From: Thermoanaerobaculia bacterium
GTDB taxonomy: Bacteria > Acidobacteriota > Thermoanaerobaculia > Multivoradales > JAHEKO01
Reading direction: 5' to 3'
Assembly (NCBI GenBank): GCA_945787575.1
Contig: CALZKB010000004.1
Coordinates: 4,776-68,775 of the forward strand
DNA: 64,000 bases
Below are positions 54,031 through 63,580 of this stretch, piece after piece. Both the position numbers and the translations under genes were made by a program. Each line of letters starts with the position of its first letter. Positions within the stretch are counted from its first letter, which is position 1. The notes beneath the pieces are model-generated. The model worked only from the letters and a program-made list of their open reading frames with translations. It was not told where the DNA came from and did not search any database.

Positions 54031-54916
54031 AACGGCGACAGCGGCCGCCTTCGGGTTCGTCCTCGCCGTCATGTCGACTCCCCTGGCGGCTCTCGAGGTG
54101 CCCTATCTGGCGGCGCGAGTCAACGACGTTGCCGGAATGCTCTCGGCCGAAGCCGAGGCGCGACTGGAGACCCGCCTGGCGGCGATCGAGACGAACGAAG
54201 GTGCCCAGCTGGCGATCCTGACGATCCCCAGCCTCGAGGGAGAGAATCTCGAGGAGTACTCGATCCGAGTCGTCGACACCTGGGAGCTCGGCCGCGAGGC
54301 CGAGGACGACGGCATCCTGCTGCTCATCTCCAGGGACGACCGCAAGATGCGGATCGAGGTCGGCTACGGACTCGAGGGGGCGCTGACCGATGCCTACTCC
54401 CGCCGGATTCTCGACGAGATCCTCCGCCCAAGGTTCCGCGCCGGGGACTTCGACGGCGGCGTGGAGCGGGCGGTCGAGGTGATCGCCGGCGTGATCGAGG
54501 GCGACGATCTACTGCCTCCCCCCGAGAATGTCTCGAGAGGCTTGCCCCGACGCGTCGAGTTGGGCGGCTTCCTGTTCTTCCTCGTCGTCATCTTCCCCTT
54601 GGCTCTCGGAGCCGTGACGACGCGCGGCTGCGGAAGCTGGATGCTGTACGCGATTCTGGCTCCAGTCTGGTTCGGCGGCCCGGCCGCCCTGCTCAGCCCT
54701 CGAGCCGGCTTGATCTGTCTCGTCGCCTGGCTCGTCGGCTTCCCGATCTTCCACCTTCTGTTCTCTCGCAAACGGGGCCGAGGAGGCTCCGGCTGGTCGT
54801 CTTCGAGCGGTTGGGGTGGCGGCGGCTTCTCGGGCGGCGGCGGCTTCTCGGGCGGTGGCGGGTTCTCGAGCGGCGGCGGCGGCTTCGGCGGCGGCGGCGC
54901 CTCCGGGAGCTGGTGA
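54023..54916 (+). CDS. YgcG-like TPM-domain protein with Gly-rich tail
   Basis: 297-aa ORF with a signal peptide. TPM core ..AQLAILTIPSLEGENLEEYS..GILLLISRDDRKMRIEVGYGLEG.., TM helices, and a C-terminal GGGFSGGGGFSGGGGF tail. Confidence 0.8.
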   Translation: MRETATAAAFGFVLAVMSTPLAALEVPYLAARVNDVAGMLSAEAEARLETRLAAIETNEGAQLAILTIPSLEGENLEEYSIRVVDTWELGREAEDDGILLLISRDDRKMRIEVGYGLEGALTDAYSRRILDEILRPRFRAGDFDGGVERAVEVIAGVIEGDDLLPPPENVSRGLPRRVELGGFLFFLVVIFPLALGAVTTRGCGSWMLYAILAPVWFGGPAALLSPRAGLICLVAWLVGFPIFHLLFSRKRGRGGSGWSSSSGWGGGGFSGGGGFSGGGGFSSGGGGFGGGGASGSW

Positions 54917-54959
54917 CGACCGGGCTCGCGACGACAGAGCACCGTACAGGAGACTTGCG

Positions 54960-55766
54960 ATGACCGAACATCCCTACCTGGTTTCTCCCGACCGCACCCT
55001 CGACCTCGCCGGGCGCGATCCCCGAGACCGACGGCTTTTCGCCGGCGGAAAGCGCGAGGGGCGGGACCAGATCAGGGCGCTCAACGGGCGCCTCGAGACG
55101 CTGCAGGAGACCCTCTACGCGGAGGGTAGACACAAGATCCTGATCGTCCTGCAGGCGATGGACACGGGCGGCAAGGACGGCACCATCCGCCACGTCTTCG
55201 AGGGGACCAACCCGCAGGGCGTCAAGGTCGCGAGCTTCAAGAAGCCGACTCCGAAGGAGCTCGCCCACGACTATCTCTGGCGTGTCCACCGGCACACTCC
55301 GGGGCGCGGCGAGATCACGATCTTCAATCGCAGCCACTACGAGGACGTTCTCGTCGTTCGCGTTCACGGCCTCGTCTCCCCCGAGGTGTGGGGCAAGCGC
55401 TATCGGCACATCGTCGAGTTCGAGAGACTCCTTGCCGAGGAGGGCACGGTGATTCTCAAGTTCTTCCTCCACATCTCGAAGGAAGAGCAGAAGGAGCGGC
55501 TCCAAGCGAGGCTCGACACCCCCCACAAGCAGTGGAAGTTTTCGAGAGGAGACCTCGCCGAGCGAGCGCACTGGGACGCCTATGTCGAAGCCTACGAGGT
55601 GGCGTTGTCCAAGACCAGCAAGCCTTGGGCGCCCTGGTATGCGATCCCCGCCGACCGCAAGTGGTACCGCAATCTCGTCATCTCCCGCATCCTCGTCGAG
55701 CGACTGGAGGCGCTCGAGATGAGCTACCCGGACCCGGAAGACCTCGACGGAGTCGTCGTCGACTGA
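54960..55766 (+). CDS. ppk2: polyphosphate kinase 2 family protein
   Basis: CAGGAGA RBS, then ATG 54960. LIVLQAMDTGGKDGTI (Walker A-like), ..FNRSHYEDVLVVRVH.., ..KFFLHISKEEQKERL.. PPK2 motifs. Confidence 0.88.
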   Translation: MTEHPYLVSPDRTLDLAGRDPRDRRLFAGGKREGRDQIRALNGRLETLQETLYAEGRHKILIVLQAMDTGGKDGTIRHVFEGTNPQGVKVASFKKPTPKELAHDYLWRVHRHTPGRGEITIFNRSHYEDVLVVRVHGLVSPEVWGKRYRHIVEFERLLAEEGTVILKFFLHISKEEQKERLQARLDTPHKQWKFSRGDLAERAHWDAYVEAYEVALSKTSKPWAPWYAIPADRKWYRNLVISRILVERLEALEMSYPDPEDLDGVVVD

Positions 55767-56812
55767 AGGCGCCGCCGCAACTGGCCACAGGCGGCGTCGG
55801 CATCGAGCCCTCGGCTGTGGCGCAGGTGGGCGTTGGCCCCCGCAGCCCGGAGCCGCTCCAGGAAACCGACCGCTGCACCGCGGCTCGGGCGTTCGAACGG
55901 CAGCTCGAGCACCGGGTTGTACATCATCAGATTGACGTGGGCGCGCAGCTGCTTGGCGATCCTCGCGAGCTCGTCGGCGTGCTCCGGGTGATCGTTCACT
56001 CCCGCCAGCAGGCAGTACTCGAGAGTCACTTCGCGACCCGTCCGCCGAAAGTACTCGCGGCAGGCCGCCAGCACACCGTCGAGGTCGATCGCCTCCGCCC
56101 ACGGGATGAGACGTCGGCGCAGCTCGGCGGTCGGAGCGTGGAGACTGAGCGCGAGGGTCGCTTGTAGCTCCTCTTCGGCGAGCGCCAAGATCTGCTTGGG
56201 CAGGCCGACGGTGCTGACGGTGATCCGCCGCCGACCGATTCCGAGCCGCCGCGAGATACGACGGACCGCCTCCACCGTCACCCGGTAGTTGGCGAGAGGC
56301 TCCCCCATACCCATGAAGACGACGTGGCTGAGGCGCTCGCCCGCGGCATCGAGCCCGGCAGCGACTCGCAGCGCCTGCTCCACTACCTCGCCCACCGTCA
56401 GATTGCGTACCATTCCGCCGATCCCGCTCGCACAGAAACGGCAGCCGACATCGCAGCCGACCTGAGTGCTGAGGCAGACGGTTCGCCGCGCTCGACCGCC
56501 GGCGTCGGCCGGGATCATGACGGTCTCCGTGGTGGCGCCGTCCCGCCAACGCAGGAGCAGCTTGGTCGTGCCGCCGGTGCCGACTCTTCTCTCGACCAGC
56601 TCTCCCTGCCAGATGTCGAACCCGAGATCGAGCTTCTCCCGCAGCGTCCTCGGGAGGTCGGTCATCGCTCGAAAATCGTGAGCGTGACACTCGTACACCC
56701 ATCGCTCGATCTGCCGCGCGCGAAAGGCGGGCTGCGCAAGCTCCTCCAAACGCGCGGCCAACCGCCCACCGTCGAGCTCGAGCAAGCACGGCTTGTCGGT
56801 CGGAGACGCCAT
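55724..56812 (-). CDS. rlmN: 23S rRNA/tRNA (adenine-C2)-methyltransferase, radical SAM
   Basis: 362-aa ORF. ..FRARQIERWVY.., radical-SAM cluster STQVGCDVGCRFCASG, ..MGMGEPLAN.., ..ACGQL.. near the C-terminus. Confidence 0.92.
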   Translation of the reverse strand: MASPTDKPCLLELDGGRLAARLEELAQPAFRARQIERWVYECHAHDFRAMTDLPRTLREKLDLGFDIWQGELVERRVGTGGTTKLLLRWRDGATTETVMIPADAGGRARRTVCLSTQVGCDVGCRFCASGIGGMVRNLTVGEVVEQALRVAAGLDAAGERLSHVVFMGMGEPLANYRVTVEAVRRISRRLGIGRRRITVSTVGLPKQILALAEEELQATLALSLHAPTAELRRRLIPWAEAIDLDGVLAACREYFRRTGREVTLEYCLLAGVNDHPEHADELARIAKQLRAHVNLMMYNPVLELPFERPSRGAAVGFLERLRAAGANAHLRHSRGLDADAACGQLRRRLQSTTTPSRSSGSG

Positions 56813-56889
56813 TGTCGAACCCTACCCCAAGGAGACGGATGCTAGTGTTCCGGGCGGATCCGGACCAACATCTCACTCGGAGGCAAGAC

Positions 56890-57732
56890 ATGAATCGCAT
56901 TCCGTTCGCGGCCGCGTCGTTCGCGACCGCCCTGACCGTCCTCGCTGGCGCCGCCTGCGCCCAGGACGACGACTACCTGCAAAGAATGGCTCGAGAGCAT
57001 GCCGGCGACAGCCCGGTCGCGGGAGCAGCCTCGGGCGACTCCGCCGTCGACGACGTGACCGCCGAGTCGATCGCCTACTGGCCCGACAACGCCGTCGAGG
57101 GCTACCTGGCGCGCCCTTCCTCGAGTGAGGTCCGCGGCGGGATTCTCGTCATCCAGGAATGGTGGGGGCTCAACGACAACATCCGCACGATGGCCCGGCG
57201 ACTGGCCGCCGAGGGCTACCTGGCGCTGGCCGTGGACCTGTACGAGGGCGAGGTCGCCACCAACCGCGACGAGGCGCGGGCCCTGGTCACGGCGGCGATG
57301 GAGAACGCCGACCGTCTGAAGGACAACCTGCGGGCGGCGCACGCCTGGCTCGCTGCGGCGGGAGCCGGAAGCGTCGGCACCATCGGCTGGTGCTTCGGCG
57401 GCGGCTGGTCGCTCAACGCCGCCATCATGCTCGGAGGGGACTTGGACGCCGCGGTCATCTACTACGGGCGGGTCGTCACCGACGATCAGCTGGCGACCAT
57501 CGAGGCGGCCGTCCTCGGCCACTTCGGAAGCGAGGACGGCGGCATCCCGCTCGAGGGCGTGCGCGCCTTCGAAGCCCGGATGCAGGATCTCGGCAAGGAG
57601 GTCACGGTCCACGTCTACGAAGGGGCGGATCACGCGTTCGCCAACCCGTCCGGCACCCGCTTCGACGAAGCGGCGGCCACCCAGGCCTGGCATCGCACCC
57701 TGAAGTTCTTCGCCGTTCATCTCGACGGATAG
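56890..57732 (+). CDS. dienelactone hydrolase family protein, secreted
   Basis: GGAGG RBS 6 nt before ATG 56890. Signal peptide. ..GILVIQEWWGLNDNIR.., nucleophile-elbow region GWCFGG, ..YEGADHAF... Confidence 0.85.
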   Translation: MNRIPFAAASFATALTVLAGAACAQDDDYLQRMAREHAGDSPVAGAASGDSAVDDVTAESIAYWPDNAVEGYLARPSSSEVRGGILVIQEWWGLNDNIRTMARRLAAEGYLALAVDLYEGEVATNRDEARALVTAAMENADRLKDNLRAAHAWLAAAGAGSVGTIGWCFGGGWSLNAAIMLGGDLDAAVIYYGRVVTDDQLATIEAAVLGHFGSEDGGIPLEGVRAFEARMQDLGKEVTVHVYEGADHAFANPSGTRFDEAAATQAWHRTLKFFAVHLDG

Positions 57733-57743
57733 GCGCGACGAAG

Positions 57744-58514
57744 TTGCGGTTCGCACTGCCTCTCTCCGGCGAGAGCGCGCTGGCCGTCCGCCTCGACGGG
57801 CCCGAGCCGGCGGCCGGCGACGGCGCCGTGATGCTCTACATGCACGGTTTCGGCTCGAGCCAAAGCGGCGACAAGGCCGACTTGTTCCGCGAGAGGTGCG
57901 TCGCGCGCGGCCTCGCGTTCTGCTCGTTCGACTTCCAGGGCCACGGCGCGTCGGGCGGCTGCATGCTGGATCTGAGCCTGTCGCGCAATCTCGGCGACGC
58001 CGCGGCCGTCCACGCCGAGCTCGAGCGGCGCGGCTACTCGCGCGTCATCCTCTTCGGCTCCTCGATGGGCGGCCTCACCGGCCTCTGGCACGCCCATCGA
58101 CACCCCGAGCGGATTACCGCCGCCATCCATCTCGCGCCGGCCCTCGGCCTGGAGCAGAGCTTCTCTACCAGCCTCGGGCCCCGAAAGATGGCCCGCTGGC
58201 AGCGCGACGGTCGGCTCGAGATCGAGCACGAGCTCGGCGCCTGGGAGCTGGGCTGGAGCTTCGTCGAAGACCTCCGCCGGCACCACTTCGCCGAGCTCAC
58301 CACCGGCTATAAGACGCCCACGCTCATCTTCCAGGGCAAGCACGACACGAGCGTCCCCTGGCGCACCGTCGTCGACTTCACTACAAAAGCAGCGGGAGGA
58401 GAGATCGAGCTCCACCTCTTCGCGGACGGCGACCACCGCCTCATCGACCGGCTGCCGCGGCTGTGGTCGCTGGCCGACGAGTTCCTCGCGGGCCGCGCCC
58501 TCGTTCCCGCCTGA
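57744..58514 (+). CDS. alpha/beta hydrolase
   Basis: This is the C-terminal 256 aa of ORF 57159..58514. The start is uncertain (TTG 57744 is the first candidate after the upstream stop). MLYMHGFGSS, nucleophile elbow GSSMGG, ..DGDHRL... Confidence 0.75.
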   Translation: MRFALPLSGESALAVRLDGPEPAAGDGAVMLYMHGFGSSQSGDKADLFRERCVARGLAFCSFDFQGHGASGGCMLDLSLSRNLGDAAAVHAELERRGYSRVILFGSSMGGLTGLWHAHRHPERITAAIHLAPALGLEQSFSTSLGPRKMARWQRDGRLEIEHELGAWELGWSFVEDLRRHHFAELTTGYKTPTLIFQGKHDTSVPWRTVVDFTTKAAGGEIELHLFADGDHRLIDRLPRLWSLADEFLAGRALVPA

Positions 58515-58562
58515 CGACCTCGCAGAGGGCCGCCGCTGATCGGCGCGATGCCGGCAGGTCGA

Positions 58563-59801
58563 CTACCGGATGACCGTGTCGACCTCCGCCTCTCCTTCCG
58601 AGCGCGCGATGATCGCCGCTCCGCACGAGTCGCTGAACACGTTCACGGCGGTCCGGTACATGTCCAGCGGGCGGTCGATCGCGAGCATGGATCCCACGAT
58701 CAAGTTGACCTCCGGACCCCTGAGCCCGATCGCCTCGAGGACTATGAAGATCACCACCAAGCCGGCAGATGGAACCGCGGCCGCCCCGATGGAGGCCAGC
58801 AAGGCGGTGATGATGACCACAACCTGCTGCATGATCGTGAGTTCGAAGCCGAGGACCTGAGCGATGAACAGGGCGCCCACGCATTCGAAAATCGCGGTTC
58901 CGTCCATGTTCACCGTCGCTCCCATCGGGAGCACGAACGATGCCACCTTGTTCGAGACGCCCACGTTCTTTTCGACCGTGTTCAGCGTGACCGGCAGGGT
59001 CGCGCCCGAGGAGCTCGTCGAGAACGCGATCAGGAGAGGTTCCCGCATATTGGCGAAGTGAATGCGTGGCGCGATCCGACCCAGCACGATCAGCAGAACC
59101 GGGAGCGTGACCACGAGGTGGATGGTCAACCCGGAAGCGATCGTGACCGCATACAGAGCCAGCGCCTTGAACGCGTCGAAACCTGTCGTGGCCACCATCT
59201 TCGTGATCAGAGCGAACACGCCGATCGGGAGGAACTTGATGATGCCCGAGGTGAGCCGCATCATCGCGCGGAAAAGCGCATCGAAGAGCTTGGTGACGAC
59301 TTCACGAGTTCCGTCGGGGAGCGTGGTCACGGCCGCGCCGAAGACGATGCAGAAGAAGATGAGCGCCAGCATGTCGGCCGAGGCCGCCGCCGCGACCACG
59401 TTCTTCGGTACGAGGTCGAGCAGCAGTTGAACGGGAGAGGTGGCCGTGTCCAATTCGGGAAGATCCGCCTGGACCGTCCCCGTCATATTCGCTCCCACGC
59501 CCGGCTGGATGAGGTTGACCATCAGCAATCCGACCATCACCGCCAGGAGGCTGGAGAGCACGTAGTATCCGAGTGTCTTGCTGAAGAGACGACCGAGCGC
59601 CTTGCCCCCTCCGACCGAGGCCACGCCGGAGATGATGGAGGTAAACACCAGCGGGACGATGATCATCCGCAGGAGCTTCATGAACAGGTCGCCGATCCAG
59701 CCGAACGCGCTCGCGGCGGGCTCGCCGAATACGAGACCCGTAAGCGCGCCCACGATCATGGCGATCAGCGTCTGCCAGTGGAGCCTTCGGTACCAGCGCA
59801 T
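58563..59801 (-). CDS. dicarboxylate/amino acid:cation symporter (DAACS family)
   Basis: 412-aa ORF. ..LLRMIIVPLVFTSIISGV.., ..FSTSSSGATLPV.., ..VNMDGTA.. DAACS motifs. Confidence 0.9.
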   Translation of the reverse strand: MRWYRRLHWQTLIAMIVGALTGLVFGEPAASAFGWIGDLFMKLLRMIIVPLVFTSIISGVASVGGGKALGRLFSKTLGYYVLSSLLAVMVGLLMVNLIQPGVGANMTGTVQADLPELDTATSPVQLLLDLVPKNVVAAAASADMLALIFFCIVFGAAVTTLPDGTREVVTKLFDALFRAMMRLTSGIIKFLPIGVFALITKMVATTGFDAFKALALYAVTIASGLTIHLVVTLPVLLIVLGRIAPRIHFANMREPLLIAFSTSSSGATLPVTLNTVEKNVGVSNKVASFVLPMGATVNMDGTAIFECVGALFIAQVLGFELTIMQQVVVIITALLASIGAAAVPSAGLVVIFIVLEAIGLRGPEVNLIVGSMLAIDRPLDMYRTAVNVFSDSCGAAIIARSEGEAEVDTVIR

Positions 59802-59816
59802 CGCGTTCTCCCGTCC

Positions 59817-61448
59817 TCAGTCGGAGGCCTCTTCGTCGTCCGCCTTCTTCGGCTTCTCCGGCGGCTCTTGCGGCAGGGGCTTGCGCGGCAGCCTCTCGTC
59901 GCGCATAGCCGCATGGTAGACGAACGAGGCTACGATGACGGAAGCCTGCTTGAGGTCGTCGGCCACCGCGTGATCGAACGTGTCGAGGTTGCTGTGGTGA
60001 GTCTGCGTCGAGTAGTCGAGCGGATCTTGGATGAACTGGAACCCGGGAAGACCGACCGCGTCGAAGGCGAGATGGTCCGTGCCGCCGGAGTCGCGGGTCA
60101 CGACGCTCTCGGCGCCCAGGTCGTGAAAGGGCTCGAGCCAGCGCTCGAAGATCGGAACGACGGCCGCGTTGCTCTGGGCGTAGACGCCGCGGATCTTGCC
60201 GCTGCCGTTGTCGAGGTTGAAGTAGGCCGAGAAGTGCTCGTGGTCTGGCTTCGGCTCGACCGGCCAGGTGCGCTCGCGCAAGAACTCGGGCAGCTCGAGC
60301 TGCTCCGGATCCTCGACCGCGGGGCGCGAGGCGAGATGCTCGGCGACGTAGGCGCGCGAGCCGAGGAGCCCCTGCTCCTCGCCCGTCCACAGCGCGATCC
60401 GTATCGTGCGCCGCGGCTGGAGCTCGAGAGCCCTGATAATCCTCACCGCCTCCATCATGACGGCGCACCCTGCGGCGTTGTCGTTGGACCCGGTGCCGGC
60501 GTGCCAGGAGTCGAGATGACCGCCAAGCATGACTACCTCGTGGGCCAGGTCCGACCCGGGAATCTCCGCCACTGTGTTGTAAGCCATCAGGTCCTCGTCG
60601 TGGAACTCGGCGCGGACGTCGATCTCGAGCTCGACCTCCCCGTCCTCTTCCAGCAGGCGCAGGATCCAGTTGTAGTGCTCGAGCGCCATCGCCAAGGCCG
60701 GCACGCCCACGCTCTCCTCAGGCTCACGCGAGCCTCCGCTGCCGAGGCGTAGCGTGCCGCCGTCCCGGGAGCTCAGGTCCACCGTGGCCAGCGCCTTCTC
60801 CTTCACGAGGAACTCGTTGAGCTCCCTGCGCAGCTCCCAGCGCTTCCGCATCCGCTCCTGCCAGTCGGAAGGCTCGCCTGGCACCGAGAAGACACGCAGC
60901 TCCTCGAGCTCCTCCTTCGTGCGACGCTGGAACGCCGCCTCGTCGGCCGCGGCCAGCTGGCGATCCTCGGCAATCAACAGGATCTTGCCCTCGAGCTTCC
61001 CGGTGTACTCTTCGAGCTCCTCCGGCGACTCGATCTCCACCTTCATCACCGGTCCGCGAACCGGCTTCTTCGTTCCCGGCGTCCACGCCTTGGGCAGCGC
61101 CATCAGCGGCGTCTCGCGAGGCAAGATCATGTGCACCGCAGCGCGAGAGAAGGACCACCCGCGACCGAACGGGCCCCAGGCCTCGAGACGTGCTTCCTCG
61201 AGGCTCCATTCGGCCAGCCGGGCCTTGGTCCAGCGGCTGGCGGCCTGCCCCCGGGGCGAGCCCGTGAGCCTGGGGCCGAGCTCGTCGGTCAGGGTCCGTA
61301 GTGTCCCCATGACCTCCGAGCGGTTGAAGCCCTCGTCACGGATGCGGTTGATCGCGTCCCAGTCGAGCGGCTCGTCCGCCCAAGCGAGAGTCGGGACGAG
61401 CGCCGCCACCAGCCAGAGTCTCGATCGCGTCACGACACTCCCACCCAT
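59817..61448 (-). CDS. M28-family metallopeptidase, secreted
   Basis: Start ATG 61448 (MGGSVVTRSRLWLVAALVPTLAWA signal). ..GGHLDSWHAGTGSNDNAAGCAVMMEA.. zinc-ligand region. The upstream part of ORF 59817..61598 is junk. Confidence 0.85.
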   Translation of the reverse strand: MGGSVVTRSRLWLVAALVPTLAWADEPLDWDAINRIRDEGFNRSEVMGTLRTLTDELGPRLTGSPRGQAASRWTKARLAEWSLEEARLEAWGPFGRGWSFSRAAVHMILPRETPLMALPKAWTPGTKKPVRGPVMKVEIESPEELEEYTGKLEGKILLIAEDRQLAAADEAAFQRRTKEELEELRVFSVPGEPSDWQERMRKRWELRRELNEFLVKEKALATVDLSSRDGGTLRLGSGGSREPEESVGVPALAMALEHYNWILRLLEEDGEVELEIDVRAEFHDEDLMAYNTVAEIPGSDLAHEVVMLGGHLDSWHAGTGSNDNAAGCAVMMEAVRIIRALELQPRRTIRIALWTGEEQGLLGSRAYVAEHLASRPAVEDPEQLELPEFLRERTWPVEPKPDHEHFSAYFNLDNGSGKIRGVYAQSNAAVVPIFERWLEPFHDLGAESVVTRDSGGTDHLAFDAVGLPGFQFIQDPLDYSTQTHHSNLDTFDHAVADDLKQASVIVASFVYHAAMRDERLPRKPLPQEPPEKPKKADDEEASD

Positions 61449-61831
61449 CAGAAAGGCTTGACGACGGCAAGCCACGCTCCGACTCCGCCGAGGAGCGGCA
61501 GGAGCCAGATCAGGTTCTTGCCTACCCCCGGGCCGCGCTTGAACAGCACCGCCGAGGCGCCGACGAGGAGCCAAAGAACGAGCTTGGCCATCACCCAACC
61601 GGGAAAGCCTCCGGGTAGGGCGAGCCTTGCGAGGACACCGAAGCCGGACACGAGGATCAGCAGCAAGCCGGCGCCGTGCAGGATGCCGGTGAGCTTGCGC
61701 GCCCGGTTGGTGTCCCGCGACCCGCCGTTGGCGGCGTGGAGGGCGAGACCGCCCAGGATGCTGAAGGTGAGGATTATCGAAAGCAGATGAACAACCTTGT
61801 AGGCGTTGTACGAGATCAAGAGCGCCTCCAT
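61448..61831 (-). CDS. small four-TM membrane protein, SirB2-like
   Basis: 127-aa ORF. Its topology and KVVHLLSIIL / WVMAKLVLWLLVGASAVLFKR segments resemble SirB2/YchQ by eye. Its stop abuts the M28 peptidase start. Confidence 0.5.
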   Translation of the reverse strand: MEALLISYNAYKVVHLLSIILTFSILGGLALHAANGGSRDTNRARKLTGILHGAGLLLILVSGFGVLARLALPGGFPGWVMAKLVLWLLVGASAVLFKRGPGVGKNLIWLLPLLGGVGAWLAVVKPF

Positions 61832-61996
61832 CCAGTCGATTGGCGCGCAGGATACCGCAGGCCGGCCCGAGCTACGTCAAGTTGCTTCTGAGTTCTCGTC
61901 GGGGACCGGCGAGGAGAGGGCTCTCTTCGCCTCGACGGGCTGAGGAGCCGCAGCTTCTCCTGCGGCTGCTCGACGGGTCGCCGGACGGGGGTCCTG

Positions 61997-63397
61997 CTAC
62001 TCCTGGATCCCGCCTTCGGTCTGCCCCCTCGGATCGAGGGCGCGCTCGAGCTCTTCCGGTGGAAGGACCTGCTGCGCGACGGCGATCTCTCTGACCGTGC
62101 GCCCGGACTCGACCGACTCCTTGGCGATCGCCGCCGCCCGGTCATAGCCGATCTTCGGCGCCAGCGCGGTGACCATCGCCAGCGACTTCTCGATCATCTC
62201 CCGATTGCGCTCGACGTTGGCCTCAAGTCCGTCGATGCAGCGCTCGGCGAGGAGACTCGCCGCGGCAGCCGTGATCTCGATCGACTGCAACAGGTTGTAG
62301 GCGATCACGGGCATCATGACGTTGAGCTCGAAGTTGCCGGCGGCCCCGCCCCACGCCACCGCCAGGTCGTTGCCGGCGACCTGAGCCGCCACCATCAGCA
62401 CCGCCTCGGGAATCACCGGATTGACCTTGCCGGGCATGATCGAGCTGCCCGGCTGCAAGCTCGGAAGCCGGATCTCGCCGATCCCGCAACGCGGACCGGA
62501 GCCTAGCCAGCGGATGTCGTTGGCGATCTTGGTCAGCGAAACGGCGGTTCCGCGGATGGCGGCGGACAACTCGACCGCCGCGTCCTTCGAGGCGAGCGCC
62601 TCGAACTTGTTGGGGGCCGGGACGAACGGTTGCCCGGTGCGCAGGGCAAGCCCTTCGATCACCCGGTCGGCGAAGCCGGCGGGGGCGTTGAGGCCGGTAC
62701 CGACGGCAGTCCCCCCGAGGGCGAGCTCGGCGAGCCGCGGCATAGCTGCGGCCACCCGCTTCCGGGCGTTGCGGATCTGCTGCGCGTAGCCGGAGAACTC
62801 CTGTCCGAGACGAACCGGAACGGCGTCTTGGAGGTGGGTCCGGCCGATCTTGACCACGTCGTCGAACTCCTCGGCCTTGCCCGCCAGGGAGGTCTCGAGC
62901 TGCTCGAGTGCCGGCTCGAGCTCGCCGACGACGGCGTCGTAGGCCGAGAGGTGAATCGCCGTGGGAATGGCGTCGTTCGAAGACTGCCCGGCGTTCACGT
63001 GGTCGTTCGGATGGACCGGGCTCTTCGATCCCATCTCGCCACCCAGGATCTCGATCGCTCGATTCGACACCACCTCGTTGGCGTTCATGTTGGTCGAGGT
63101 GCCGGAGCCCGTCTGGAATATGTCGAGGGGGAACTGATCGTCATGGAGGCCGGCGACGACTTCGTCGGCGGCCTGCCGGATGGTCATCGCGAGCTCCGAG
63201 TCGACGATGCCCATCTCTCCGTTGACCCTCGCCGCTTCCGACTTGATCATCCCCATCGCGGCGATGAAACGTCGCGGAAAGGTCAATCCGCTGACTGGGA
63301 AATTCCGGCGCGCTCGCTCGGTCTGGGCTCCGTAGTAAGCACCGCGCGGCACCTCGATCTCACCCAGGCTGTCCTTCTCGATTCTCGTATCGCTCAT
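61997..63397 (-). CDS. fumC: class II fumarate hydratase
   Basis: 466-aa ORF. ..YYGAQTERA.., FQTGSGTSTNMNANEV, GSSIMPGKVNPV signature. The QTGSGT context favours FumC over aspartase. Confidence 0.88.
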   Translation of the reverse strand: MSDTRIEKDSLGEIEVPRGAYYGAQTERARRNFPVSGLTFPRRFIAAMGMIKSEAARVNGEMGIVDSELAMTIRQAADEVVAGLHDDQFPLDIFQTGSGTSTNMNANEVVSNRAIEILGGEMGSKSPVHPNDHVNAGQSSNDAIPTAIHLSAYDAVVGELEPALEQLETSLAGKAEEFDDVVKIGRTHLQDAVPVRLGQEFSGYAQQIRNARKRVAAAMPRLAELALGGTAVGTGLNAPAGFADRVIEGLALRTGQPFVPAPNKFEALASKDAAVELSAAIRGTAVSLTKIANDIRWLGSGPRCGIGEIRLPSLQPGSSIMPGKVNPVIPEAVLMVAAQVAGNDLAVAWGGAAGNFELNVMMPVIAYNLLQSIEITAAAASLLAERCIDGLEANVERNREMIEKSLAMVTALAPKIGYDRAAAIAKESVESGRTVREIAVAQQVLPPEELERALDPRGQTEGGIQE

Positions 63398-63544
63398 CTC
63401 AAATAACTCCTAGCTGGACTTCGCCGCGGGGCGAAGCGGTCTATGGGGCGAAGCTACCAGAGTACTCGTCGGCAAGCGCCCCGCGCCGAAAGGCGGCACG
63501 ATTTCCCGCTCAGTCGGTCGGAGCGCCTTCGGGCCTGGCGGCGC

Positions 63545-63579
63545 GGGGGGAGTCGGGAGGGGGGGAAGGGGGGAGGGGG
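63545..63579 (+). other. G-quadruplex-type G tract (five G runs of 3-7)
   Basis: GGGGGG agtc GGG a GGGGGGG aa GGGGGG a GGGGG read directly at 63545-63579, between the fumC start and the parA-like gene. Confidence 0.8.
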
Positions 63580-63580
63580 A

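Noticed and set aside
61931-61978. Hairpin agccgcag-cttctc-ctgcggct flanked by direct repeats ctcgacggg, downstream of fumC.
   Set aside because: There is no U-tract on the fumC strand and no second copy in the window. It is probably a chance GC-rich stem or a weak attenuator, with not enough evidence for a feature call.
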